From NCBI GenBank assembly GCA_964577555.1, contig CAZNZM010000004.1, positions 87,671-119,670 of the forward strand: 32,000 bases of DNA, read 5' to 3'. Positions 15,112 through 23,567 of this stretch are shown here, in pieces. The number at the start of each line of letters is the position of its first letter. Positions within the stretch are counted from its first letter, which is position 1. A program made the position numbers and the translations under genes. The DNA is from an uncultured archaeon. GTDB lineage: Archaea; Iainarchaeota; Iainarchaeia; Iainarchaeales; Iainarchaeaceae. The notes below the pieces were generated by a model. The model was not told the DNA's origin. It did not search any database and saw only the letters and a list, made by a program, of their open reading frames with translations.

Positions 15112-15558
15112 ATGACGGAAGAAAAAACAATAAGATTAACAGGAAACCAAATACTACAACTTCTGGCACAAGAACAAGAAAAACTTCGGCAAATAAACGC
15201 CACAATTGCTACATATCAAAACATGAAAAATGAACTAATCAACGCCAAAGAAACCCTCAAAGAAATATCAAAAGCAAAAAAAGGAACAAAAATGCTAATC
15301 ACGATAGGCGCGGGAATATTAGTCAACGCAACAATTGACGAAACAGAAAAAGCGATGTTACCAATGGTAGGAAACGTATTCAAAGAAAAAAAAATACCAG
15401 AGCTAATAAAAACACTTGAAACAAGAATAATAGAAGTAGAAAATGCAATAGAAAAAAATGGAAACGAGCAAATAAGAACAATCGAAAGAGTAAACAAATT
15501 AGAAAACATACTAAACGCAGGAAGAAAAGCACTCCAACAACAAAAAATAAACCAATAA
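15112..15558 (+). CDS. pfdA: prefoldin alpha subunit
   Basis: Coiled coil, then a two-hairpin region ('MLITIGAGILVNATIDETEKAMLPMVGNVFKE'), then coiled coil. Conserved position before ftsY. ATG 15112 preferred over GTG 15100. Confidence 0.85.
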   Translation: MTEEKTIRLTGNQILQLLAQEQEKLRQINATIATYQNMKNELINAKETLKEISKAKKGTKMLITIGAGILVNATIDETEKAMLPMVGNVFKEKKIPELIKTLETRIIEVENAIEKNGNEQIRTIERVNKLENILNAGRKALQQQKINQ

Positions 15559-15584
15559 AATACTAACTACAAATAAATCATCTA

Positions 15585-16889
15585 ATGTTCGACTTCCTAA
15601 AGAAAAAAATAACAAATTTTACAGACAAACTCAAAGAAGTACTACAAACAAAAAAAGAAGAAACAACAGAACAAAAAAAACAAATTGAACCTGAAAAAGA
15701 ACAAAAAGAACCAGAACAAACAATTAAAATAGAAAAAAACGAAAAAGAAACACAAGAAACAGAACAAAAACAAACTGAAAAAAAAGAAACAACACAACAA
15801 ATTCAAAAAACGTTGAAAGAACCAGAAAAATTTGAAAACTTAAAAGAAAAAACACAAACAAACATAGAACAAAAACATGAAACAAAACAAGAATCAAAAA
15901 CACAACCAATAGAAAAAAAAACATTCACAGAAATCATAAAAGGAATTTTCACGCAAAAACAGCCAACTGAAAAAAAAACAACACAAATAATTGAAGATAA
16001 AAGAGAACTCAAAGCAAAAACAGGAATACTGCAGAAAGTCACAAGCGCAGTAACTGGCAAAATAAAAATAAACGAAAAAGACACACAAAACTTTTTTGAC
16101 GAACTAGAACTAAGCCTCTTAGAAGCAGATGTAGAACAAGAAACAGCAACAGCAATAGTAAAACAACTCAAAAACCAATTAATCGGAAAAGAAATTTCCG
16201 CAAAAGAAGACCTAACCAGCTACCTTAACAATGAAATAAGAAAAGCGCTTTCAAAAGTAATGGAAACAGAAAAAATAAACATATCACAAATTGAAAAAAA
16301 ACCATTAAAAATATTATTCGTTGGCCCAAATGGTGCAGGAAAAACAACAACAATAGCAAAAATAGCAAACTACTTCCTGAAAACAAACAAAAGCGTTATA
16401 ATGGCTGCGGGTGACACTTTCAGGGCCGCATCAATAGAACAACTAGAAACACACGCAAACAAACTTGGGGTAAAAATAGTAAAACAAAACTATGGTTCAG
16501 ACCCAGCAGCAGTAGCATTCGACGCAGTAAAAGCAGCCGAAGCAAAAAACATAGATGTAGTACTTATAGACACTGCAGGAAGACAAGAAACAAACAAAAA
16601 CCTAATTGAAGAACTAAAAAAAATAGACAGAGTAATAAAACCAGACATAAAACTTTACGTAGGAGAAGCATATACAGGACAGGCATTACTAGAACAAGCA
16701 AGCGAATTCAACAAAGCAATAGGTATAGATGGATTCATACTTACAAAAATAGACGCAGACGCAAAAGGTGGAACAGCAATTTCACTACTTTACACACTCA
16801 AAAAACCAATAGTTTTCATAGGAACCGGACAAAACTATGACGATTTAATAGAATTCAAACCAGAATTCATAATAGACAGAATAATATAA
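15585..16889 (+). CDS. ftsY: signal recognition particle receptor FtsY
   Basis: NG domain motifs 'ILFVGPNGAGKTTTIAKIA', 'DTFRAASIEQL', 'DTAGR' and 'TKIDADAKGG'. Long K/E/T/Q-rich A-domain at the N-terminus. Confidence 0.95.
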   Translation: MFDFLKKKITNFTDKLKEVLQTKKEETTEQKKQIEPEKEQKEPEQTIKIEKNEKETQETEQKQTEKKETTQQIQKTLKEPEKFENLKEKTQTNIEQKHETKQESKTQPIEKKTFTEIIKGIFTQKQPTEKKTTQIIEDKRELKAKTGILQKVTSAVTGKIKINEKDTQNFFDELELSLLEADVEQETATAIVKQLKNQLIGKEISAKEDLTSYLNNEIRKALSKVMETEKINISQIEKKPLKILFVGPNGAGKTTTIAKIANYFLKTNKSVIMAAGDTFRAASIEQLETHANKLGVKIVKQNYGSDPAAVAFDAVKAAEAKNIDVVLIDTAGRQETNKNLIEELKKIDRVIKPDIKLYVGEAYTGQALLEQASEFNKAIGIDGFILTKIDADAKGGTAISLLYTLKKPIVFIGTGQNYDDLIEFKPEFIIDRII

Positions 16890-17020
16890 AATATAAAAAA
16901 ACTAAAAGCAAAAAAATTAAAAACTGTTAAAAACAAAAATGCAACATGCAACTAAAAAAAACACTTAAAAGTATAATTTTATAAACATTTATTGGTGTTC
17001 AATCATTAGCGGGATTCAAC

Positions 17021-17305
17021 ATGAAAGTATCGGAACTTAAACCAAAATCAGCAGTGCCAGAAATAACATTAGAAATTGTTTCCAAAGGAGAACCAAGAAA
17101 ATGGTTAAATGAAAGAGGGGCAGGAACAGTATGCAACTGCGCAGCAAAAGACGATACAGGGGAAATATCCTTAAGTTTATGGAACGAACAATGCGACACA
17201 GTAAATGAAGGTGATAAAATTATAATAAAAGACGGATGGTGCAACGAATACAAAGGGCAATTACAAATATCAACTGGAAAAAAAGGAAAAATTGAAAAAA
17301 TTTGA
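17021..17305 (+). CDS. single OB-fold ssDNA-binding protein (short RPA/SSB-like)
   Basis: 'VCNCAAKDDTGEISLSLWNEQCDTVNEGDKIIIKDGWCNEYKGQLQISTGKKGKIEKI' fits the archaeal mini-RPA/SSB OB-fold pattern. Confidence 0.7.
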   Translation: MKVSELKPKSAVPEITLEIVSKGEPRKWLNERGAGTVCNCAAKDDTGEISLSLWNEQCDTVNEGDKIIIKDGWCNEYKGQLQISTGKKGKIEKI

Positions 17306-17482
17306 AACATAAAAAAAACAAAAAAAACTGAAACAAAACTTGGCTTAAATCAATACAAAAGAAAAAACATTTTTCAATTAAAATAAAAAATTATCCAAAT
17401 AATAAGCAGGTTAAAACAACAAAAAAAATCCAAAAACCAAACAAAAAATAAAAAAAGAAAGTAAAAAAAAACTAATAAAAAG

Positions 17483-17489
17483 TTTTTTT
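17483..17489 (+). terminator. oligo-T (T7) terminator candidate downstream of the SSB gene
   Basis: One of very few T-runs on the + strand. A second one (T8) lies at 17590-17597. Confidence 0.3.
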
Positions 17490-17630
17490 AACAAAATAAG
17501 TTATAAAAAGCCAATAAATTGAAAAATAAAACATTTTAACGTTTAAAACGGTAAAAAAAAGGAATAATTAGGTTTTAATGTTTGAATCGTTTTTTTTGTT
17601 AGACTTTGAAAATCGATGCGTTTAAATATT

Positions 17631-17755
17631 ACCTCAACAGGATATTATAAAGGGTTGGATTCAACTATAGCTACTTTTTCAAATGGATTTAAGCATTTGA
17701 TTAGACGGCTGGGTTGAATTTCATGATTTAATCATAAATAAGGAGGAAAATAAAG
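17631..17755 (+). promoter_or_regulatory. TATA-like box plus about 95-nt structured leader of the TRAM gene
   Basis: 'tttaaatat' at 17631-17639. P1 pairs 17659-17665 (attcaac) with 17713-17719 (gttgaat) and encloses hairpin 17679-17685/17694-17700 (tcaaatg/catttga). Hairpin 17723-17735 (atgat-tta-atcat) abuts SD 'aggagg' at 17741-17746. Confidence 0.4.
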
Positions 17756-18067
17756 ATGGAGAGAAATAACAGAAGAAACAGGTTTGGACCAATACCAGTG
17801 AAAGAAGGAGAAGAACAAGAAGTAACAATAGAAGGAATAGGAGAAAAAGGAGACGGCATAGCAAAAGTACAAGGCTATGTTATAATTGTTCCTAACACCC
17901 AAAAAGGAGAAAGAGTAAAAGTAAAAATCAAAGCAGTAAGAGGCAAAGTAAGCTTTGCAGAAGTAATAGAAAAACTTGGAACTGCGACACAAGAACAAAA
18001 CCAAGAATCAAAAAACGAAGAAAATCAAAGCCTTGAAAATAACTCTGACGAAGAAAACCAAAACTAA
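17756..18067 (+). CDS. TRAM domain RNA-binding protein with acidic/N-rich C-terminal tail
   Basis: 'PVKEGEEQEVTIEGIGEKGDGIAKVQGYVIIVPNTQKGERVKVKIKAVRGKVSFAEVI' is a canonical stand-alone TRAM domain. Strong SD. Confidence 0.9.
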   Translation: MERNNRRNRFGPIPVKEGEEQEVTIEGIGEKGDGIAKVQGYVIIVPNTQKGERVKVKIKAVRGKVSFAEVIEKLGTATQEQNQESKNEENQSLENNSDEENQN

Positions 18068-18128
18068 AAAATAATATTTATGTATTAAATCAATTTTAAT
18101 GCAAATACAAAAAAAAGGAGGGTTGGAA

Positions 18129-18335
18129 ATGGCAAGCTTAAGCGAACTAATAGGAATTGAACCAAGCGAAGAACTAAGAACAAAACTTCTAAAACAAGAA
18201 TTCAAACTCAGGAAAAAACAACCTGAAGCATGGACAAAAACAAAATACAGGCCATACGCAAACTTCAGGGCAAAGAAAAAAGAAGAAATTACAAACGAAA
18301 ACAACACAAAAAAAATAGCAATAATTGAAGCATAA
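18129..18335 (+). CDS. hypothetical small basic protein (68 aa)
   Basis: ATG 18129 is preceded by 'aaggaggg' at optimal spacing. No motif recognised. Confidence 0.55.
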   Translation: MASLSELIGIEPSEELRTKLLKQEFKLRKKQPEAWTKTKYRPYANFRAKKKEEITNENNTKKIAIIEA

Positions 18336-18367
18336 ACAAAAAAATAATTTAATGCATACTAAATATT

Positions 18368-18388
18368 CTCGGCACTAAAAGTGCCGGG
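18368..18388 (+). terminator. GC-rich stem-loop downstream of the 68-aa gene (terminator-like or processing site)
   Basis: ctcggcact-aaa-agtgccggg gives a 9-bp stem including one G-U pair, followed by 'cttt'. It stands out in the AT-rich context. Confidence 0.35.
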
Positions 18389-18390
18389 CT

Positions 18391-18870
18391 TTACAAAAAC
18401 AAAATAAAAAAACCCAACTATCAGTATCTTAAAACACAAAAATTTTTTGCTAGCCAAACTTGAAAAAAAAGGAAAAAACTAAAACCTGACACACAAAAAC
18501 AAAAAAATAAAATTAACCAAACAAAAACGAATAACAAAAAATCACTAAAACTACAAAACAAAAAAAAAAGACACAAAATAAAGTTAAATTTCAAAAAAAA
18601 AATAATAAAAATAGCATAAAAAAAATTGGCATACAAAAAAAGGCTCGCCAAAAACAAACAACAAAAAAAACAAAATCCAATTAAAAAAAACAAAAAATAA
18701 TGACAAAAAAAACTTGGCTAGCAATATCAAAAAAAACAGCACACAAAAACAAAAAAAACAACTTGACAAAAAAAACAATTAAAAATTAAAAACTGATTTT
18801 ACAAAACAAAACAGCCACCAACAAAATTTCGAAAAACATCAAAAAAGCAAAGTAAACCAAAAGAATTATC
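18391..18870 (+). repeat. A-tract modular repeat locus D
   Basis: 18642-18737 'ggctcgccaaaaacaaacaacaaaaaaaacaaaatccaattaaaaaaaacaaaaaataatgacaaaaaaaacttggctagcaatatcaaaaaaaac' aligns with 23374-23456. Also 'ttgctagcc' 18448-18456 and 'cttgacaaaaaaaac' around 18762. Confidence 0.8.
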
Positions 18871-18930
18871 TGCACTAACCCCTAAAAATGCCGAAAACAA
18901 TGCAATTTGCTTATTAAAAATACATTACAC

Positions 18931-18945
18931 ATTTAATTTTAAAAG
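18931..18945 (+). promoter_or_regulatory. TATA-like box for the srp54 operon (leaderless)
   Basis: 'atttaattttaaaag' is centred about 25 nt upstream of ATG 18962. No SD. Confidence 0.45.
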
Positions 18946-18961
18946 CAAAGAGTGATAAAAA

Positions 18962-20311
18962 ATGGGTTTAGGCGAAAGCCTCAGAAAAGCAGTCGAAAAA
19001 ATAAGAAATTCAAGCACTCTGGACAGAGAAACAGTAAAAGAAGCAATCAAGGAACTACAAAGAGCATTAATCTCGGCAGACGTAGAAATAACATTAGTAC
19101 TAAAACTAAGCAAAGAAATAGAAGAAGAAGCATTCAAAGACCTACCAGAAGGAATAAGCAGAAAAGAACACGTAATCAAAACAACACACGACAAACTTAC
19201 AGAAATGCTAGGAGGCACGACAAAACCGCCACAACAACCAAAAAGAATACTCTTGTTAGGTTTATTCGGGCAAGGAAAAACCACGACAGCAGGAAAATTG
19301 GCAAAATGGTACTCAAAAAGAGGAAATAAAGTAGGGTTGATAGGAGCCGATGTTTTCAGACCTGCGGCAATAGAACAATTAAGAACAATCGCGGAAAAAG
19401 CAAAAGCGGAGTTTTATGGCGATGAAAAAGAAAAAAGCGCCGCAAAAATAGCAAAAACAGGAATTGAAAAACTAAAAAATTGCGACATAATAATATGCGA
19501 CTCGGCAGGCAGAAGCGCACTAGACCAGGAACTAATAAAAGAAATAAAAGAAATAAACGAAGCATTCAAACCAGAACAAAAATGGCTTGTAATAAGCGCC
19601 GATGTAGGACAAATAGCCAAAAAACAAGCAAATGCATTCCATGAAGCAATCGGAATAAACGGCGTAATACTGACAAAAACAGACGGCTCTGCAAAAGGAG
19701 GAGGAGCACTCGCAGCATGCAAAGCAACAGGAGCCAACGTTTATTTCATAGGCACAGGAGAAAAAATAGATGACTTCCAAGAATTCGATTCAACAAGATA
19801 CTTGAGCAGAATAATGGGCTATGGCGACCTGCAAGCACTACTTGAAAAAGCAAAAGAAATACAAGAAGACCAAGGAATAGAAGAACAAGAATTAATACTA
19901 AAAGACTTCAACCTGGCCAATTTCTACAAACAACTCAAAACAGCAAGAAAAATGGGGCCAATAAACAAAATAATGGAAATGTTAGGGCTAAGCCAAAAAA
20001 TGCCAAAAGAACTAATGGAACTAGGAGAACAAAAACTAGACAAATACGGTTATATGATAGACTCAATGACAAAATACGAAAAAGAACACCCAGAACTAAT
20101 TAACAAAAGCAGAATAGCAAGAATTGCAAAAGGAAGCGGAACAACACAAGAAGAAGTAAGAGAACTACTAAAAAACTTCAAAAAAATGAAAAAAATGTTC
20201 AAACAACTAAGCAACATAGACACTGAAAAAATTGAAAAAGGCGATGCCGAAGCACTGCAAAAAAAACTTTACAACACATTCAAAAAAAAGAAAAAATTCA
20301 AAATAAGGTGA
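18962..20311 (+). CDS. srp54: signal recognition particle protein SRP54
   Basis: 'LLLGLFGQGKTTTAGKLA', 'DVFRPAAIEQL', 'DSAGR' and 'TKTDGSAKGGGAL', then the Met-rich M domain 'MGPINKIMEMLGL' and a basic C-terminus. Confidence 0.97.
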   Translation: MGLGESLRKAVEKIRNSSTLDRETVKEAIKELQRALISADVEITLVLKLSKEIEEEAFKDLPEGISRKEHVIKTTHDKLTEMLGGTTKPPQQPKRILLLGLFGQGKTTTAGKLAKWYSKRGNKVGLIGADVFRPAAIEQLRTIAEKAKAEFYGDEKEKSAAKIAKTGIEKLKNCDIIICDSAGRSALDQELIKEIKEINEAFKPEQKWLVISADVGQIAKKQANAFHEAIGINGVILTKTDGSAKGGGALAACKATGANVYFIGTGEKIDDFQEFDSTRYLSRIMGYGDLQALLEKAKEIQEDQGIEEQELILKDFNLANFYKQLKTARKMGPINKIMEMLGLSQKMPKELMELGEQKLDKYGYMIDSMTKYEKEHPELINKSRIARIAKGSGTTQEEVRELLKNFKKMKKMFKQLSNIDTEKIEKGDAEALQKKLYNTFKKKKKFKIR

Positions 20312-20315
20312 AAAA

Positions 20316-21119
20316 TTGGAAGAAATCATATTCACAATAAGACAAATAGCAATCATAACTGCAACCGCAATAGGCTCATACACAGACTACAAAACAGGAT
20401 ACATATACAATTGGATAACATACCCCCTAATCATAATAGGAATAATCCTAAACATATACGAACAACAATACACAGGATTGGCAATAGGAATAATAGTATA
20501 TGCAATTGGGTGGCTAAGCTACATCACAGGAAAATTAGGAGGAGGAGACGTAAAAATATACACTGGCATAGCATTGACAATGCCATTTTACAATGGAACC
20601 CCGTTTATAATACCAACAATACTTTTCTCATCACTAATAGGCCTTACAATCATATCATTATACTACATTATAAAATACGCCAAAAAAGGCATAGACTACA
20701 AATTAAACAAAGACGGAATAAAAAAAGCAATCATATTAACAGCAATACTCGCACTATATTTCATAATTTTAATAAAAACAAAAATAATCAGCCAAACACT
20801 AATTTTTATAATAACAATTCCAATGATATGCGGAACTCTCTACCTGGCATTCGAAAAAGGAATTAAAAAAGAATTCTTTCTGACAAAAATAAAAATAGAA
20901 CAAGCTGAAGAAGACGAAATAATAGCAATCGAATACATAGATAAAAAAACAAAAGAAAAAATAAAAAACATAAAACCACTAATGCAAAAAGATGAAATAG
21001 AAAAACTCAAAGAAAAAGGAATCAAAGAAATACCAGTATATAGAAACCTTCCAAGATTCGGACCATTCATTTTCATAGGAACAATAACATCAATTCTTTA
21101 CCCAAACCCATTCTTATAA
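20316..21119 (+). CDS. A24-family aspartic prepilin/preflagellin peptidase with cytoplasmic K/E-rich C-terminal region
   Basis: Catalytic Asp contexts 'TDYKTGYI' and 'GGGDVK'. Multiple TM helices. TTG start at 20316. Confidence 0.8.
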   Translation: MEEIIFTIRQIAIITATAIGSYTDYKTGYIYNWITYPLIIIGIILNIYEQQYTGLAIGIIVYAIGWLSYITGKLGGGDVKIYTGIALTMPFYNGTPFIIPTILFSSLIGLTIISLYYIIKYAKKGIDYKLNKDGIKKAIILTAILALYFIILIKTKIISQTLIFIITIPMICGTLYLAFEKGIKKEFFLTKIKIEQAEEDEIIAIEYIDKKTKEKIKNIKPLMQKDEIEKLKEKGIKEIPVYRNLPRFGPFIFIGTITSILYPNPFL

Positions 21120-21135
21120 AACAGGAGACACAAAA

Positions 21136-22197
21136 GTGAACCAAAAAGAAAAATTCATGAAAGAAGCACTTAAAATAGCAGAAAAAGGAACAGGATTAGT
21201 ACCACCAAATCCGATAGTAGGAGCAATCATAGTAAAAGACGGAAAAATAGTTGGAAAAGGTTGGCACAAAAAATACGGAGAAAAACACGCAGAAGCAAAC
21301 GCAATAGAAAACGCGGGAAAAAAAGCAAAAGGAGCAGAACTATACGTAACACTTGAACCATGCAACCATTACGGCAAACAACCACCATGCACAAAACTCA
21401 TAATCAAAGCAGGAATAAAAAAAGTGTATGCAGCAATAAAAGACCCAAACAAAAAATCCAAATCAGGCGGAAAAGAACTACAAAAAAAAGGAATACCAAT
21501 AGAATTCGGACTATGCGCAGACAAAGCAACAGAGCAAAACGAAATATTCATTAAAAACATGAAAACAAAAAAACCATTCATAGCACTTAAAATGGCAATG
21601 ACAAAAAATGGCTATATAACTTGGGGCAACGGAAAAAGAAAAAAAATTTCAGGAAAAAAAGCAATGGAATACTCGCAAAAACTCAGAAAAAAATACGACG
21701 CAATCCTAGTAGGAGTAAACACTATAATAAAAGACAATCCAAGGCTTATATACAAAAAAAACCAAAAATACAACCCTGCCAGAATAATACTTGACCCGAA
21801 AGCAAGATCCCCGCCAAATTCAAAAATATTCAAACAAAAAGGAAAAACAATAATAGTTTGCACAAAAAAAGCAAACAAAGAAAAAATAAAAAAACTAGAA
21901 AAAAGAAACGTTGAAATACTCATTGCAAAAGAAAAAAAAGGAAAAATAAACCTTGAATGGCTACAAAAAAAATTATATGAAAAAGGAATAACTTCAATAA
22001 TCATAGAAGGGGGAAAAAAAACAGCACTCGAATTTCTTAAAACAAAATTAATAGATAAATTCTACGCAATAATATCAAACAAAAAAATCAAAACAGGATT
22101 AAAAATATTCAAACTCAAAAACTCGGAAATGGAAATAACAGAAATAAAAAAACTTGGAAAAGACACTCTAATAATACTTAAAAGGTGCTTGAAATGA
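21136..22197 (+). CDS. ribD: bifunctional riboflavin biosynthesis protein RibD (pyrimidine deaminase / uracil reductase)
   Basis: Deaminase motifs 'KHAEANAI' and 'LEPCNHYGKQPPC'. Reductase domain 'PFIALKMAMTKNG' and 'AILVGVNTIIKDNPRL'. GTG 21136, or ATG 21157. Confidence 0.9.
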   Translation: MNQKEKFMKEALKIAEKGTGLVPPNPIVGAIIVKDGKIVGKGWHKKYGEKHAEANAIENAGKKAKGAELYVTLEPCNHYGKQPPCTKLIIKAGIKKVYAAIKDPNKKSKSGGKELQKKGIPIEFGLCADKATEQNEIFIKNMKTKKPFIALKMAMTKNGYITWGNGKRKKISGKKAMEYSQKLRKKYDAILVGVNTIIKDNPRLIYKKNQKYNPARIILDPKARSPPNSKIFKQKGKTIIVCTKKANKEKIKKLEKRNVEILIAKEKKGKINLEWLQKKLYEKGITSIIIEGGKKTALEFLKTKLIDKFYAIISNKKIKTGLKIFKLKNSEMEITEIKKLGKDTLIILKRCLK

Positions 22198-23090
22198 AAA
22201 TAGCAATAACCGGCAGCGAAGGAATGATTGGCAAAGAACTTACAAAAAACCTAGAAAGAAAAAACCACAAAATAATCAAATGCACAAAACAAGAATGCAA
22301 CATACTTGACATTGAAAAACTTAGAAAAAAATTCAAAGGTTGCAAGATAATTATACACCTTGCCGCACAACTTGACGAAAAAGCAAAAGACTTGTGGGAA
22401 GTAAATGTAAAAGGAACAGAAAATTGCCTCGAAGCGGCAGCAACAAATGGAATTGAACAATTTATTTACATAAGCAGCGTAGGCGTTTTTGGACTACAAA
22501 AAGGGCTAAAAGACGAATCAACAGAACCAAAACCAGAAACACTATACGAAAAAAGCAAATTAGAAGCTGAAAAAAAAGTTCTATCATACCAAGAAGTTTT
22601 CCACATAACAATATTGAGGCCTGCAATAGTAGTTGGAAACAATAAATATTGGAACCAAATAATCAAACTCATAAAAAAAGGTTTCCCAATTATTGGCAAC
22701 GGAAAAAACCATTGGCAAACAATCTCCACAGAAGATGTTGCAAATGCAATTGAATTCTGCATAGGCAACGAAAACACATACGGAGAAACATTCATAATAG
22801 CTGAAAAAAAACCGAAAACACTTGAAGAAATCGTAAAAATAATAAGAAACGAATTGGAAATAAAAGGAAAAATAATAAAAATACCAGAATGGCTTGGAAA
22901 AATATTGGCAAAAATAAACACCATAATAAAATTCAACAACATACTCAACATAGAATACATTAAAAGGTTGCAAGCTGACAGGCACTATTCAATTTCAAAA
23001 ATTGAAAAAATAGGATGGAAACCAAAAAACAATTTTGAAGAAACAATAAAAAAAGTCATAGAACAAATGAAAAAAGACAACCAATTATAA
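22194..23090 (+). CDS. NAD-dependent epimerase/dehydratase family protein
   Basis: Rossmann 'MKIAITGSEGMIGKEL', 'YISSVGVFG' and 'YEKSK' (the YxxxK catalytic motif). ATGA overlap with the ribD stop. Confidence 0.85.
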   Translation: MKIAITGSEGMIGKELTKNLERKNHKIIKCTKQECNILDIEKLRKKFKGCKIIIHLAAQLDEKAKDLWEVNVKGTENCLEAAATNGIEQFIYISSVGVFGLQKGLKDESTEPKPETLYEKSKLEAEKKVLSYQEVFHITILRPAIVVGNNKYWNQIIKLIKKGFPIIGNGKNHWQTISTEDVANAIEFCIGNENTYGETFIIAEKKPKTLEEIVKIIRNELEIKGKIIKIPEWLGKILAKINTIIKFNNILNIEYIKRLQADRHYSISKIEKIGWKPKNNFEETIKKVIEQMKKDNQL

Positions 23091-23530
23091 AAAAAATATC
23101 GCCAAAACAAAAAAACCAATCAAAAAAATAAGAAAACAAAATTGGCTCACAAAAAAACAAGCCACAACAAAATAATTGACAAAAAAAATCGTCCAACAAA
23201 AAAACCAAAAAAAACCACAAAAAAATGGCTCACCAAAAAAAACAAAAATTGTCTAAAAAAAGGCTCACAAAAAACAACAAAAAAACAGCCCGCAAAACAA
23301 ATCCAAAAATAAAAAAAACAACCAGACAAAACAAAAAACAAAATTAATTACAAAAAAAAGACCACAAAAAAAATTGGCTCACAAAAAAAACAAAACCAAA
23401 TTAAAAAAAACAAAAAAATAACAAAAAAACTTGACAAGCAACATCAAAAAAAACAAGCCATGAAAAAAAATTCAAATAAAAAACAAATCACTCCTCAAAA
23501 AAATGGCTAGCCAAAAAAAAGACGTAAAAA
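23091..23530 (+). repeat. A-tract modular repeat locus E
   Basis: Cores at 23142-23150, 23226-23233, 23262-23268 and 23374-23382 (ggctcac types), 23430-23439 (cttgacaagc) and 23504-23513 (tggctagcca, a perfect palindrome). 23137-23233 is near-identical to 5488-5583. Confidence 0.85.
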
Positions 23531-23567
23531 AAGATTGATTAAAATAAAATCATTGAAAAATAATCAC

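Noticed and set aside
16890-18961. An SRP RNA, RNase P RNA or other large structured ncRNA near ftsY, srp54 or rnp4.
   Set aside because: No GC-rich structured stretch of 100 nt or more exists in the spacers 16890-17020, 17306-17755 or 18336-18961. Only short hairpins are present, and these are reported separately.
19240-19275. Non-canonical P-loop residues in SRP54 (GLFGQGKTT) and RadA (GKYASGKTQ, 26400-26430) as signs of inactivation.
   Set aside because: The invariant GxxGxGKT / GxxxxGKT positions are intact, and the rest of each protein carries all family motifs. This is ordinary lineage-specific variation.
23091-23530. The spacer arrays as a replication origin (AT-rich DUE plus ORB boxes).
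   Set aside because: There are no inverted ORB-like repeats and no G-string elements, and no orc1/cdc6 gene is adjacent. The same architecture recurs at 8 or more loci within 32 kb, which is too many for origins.
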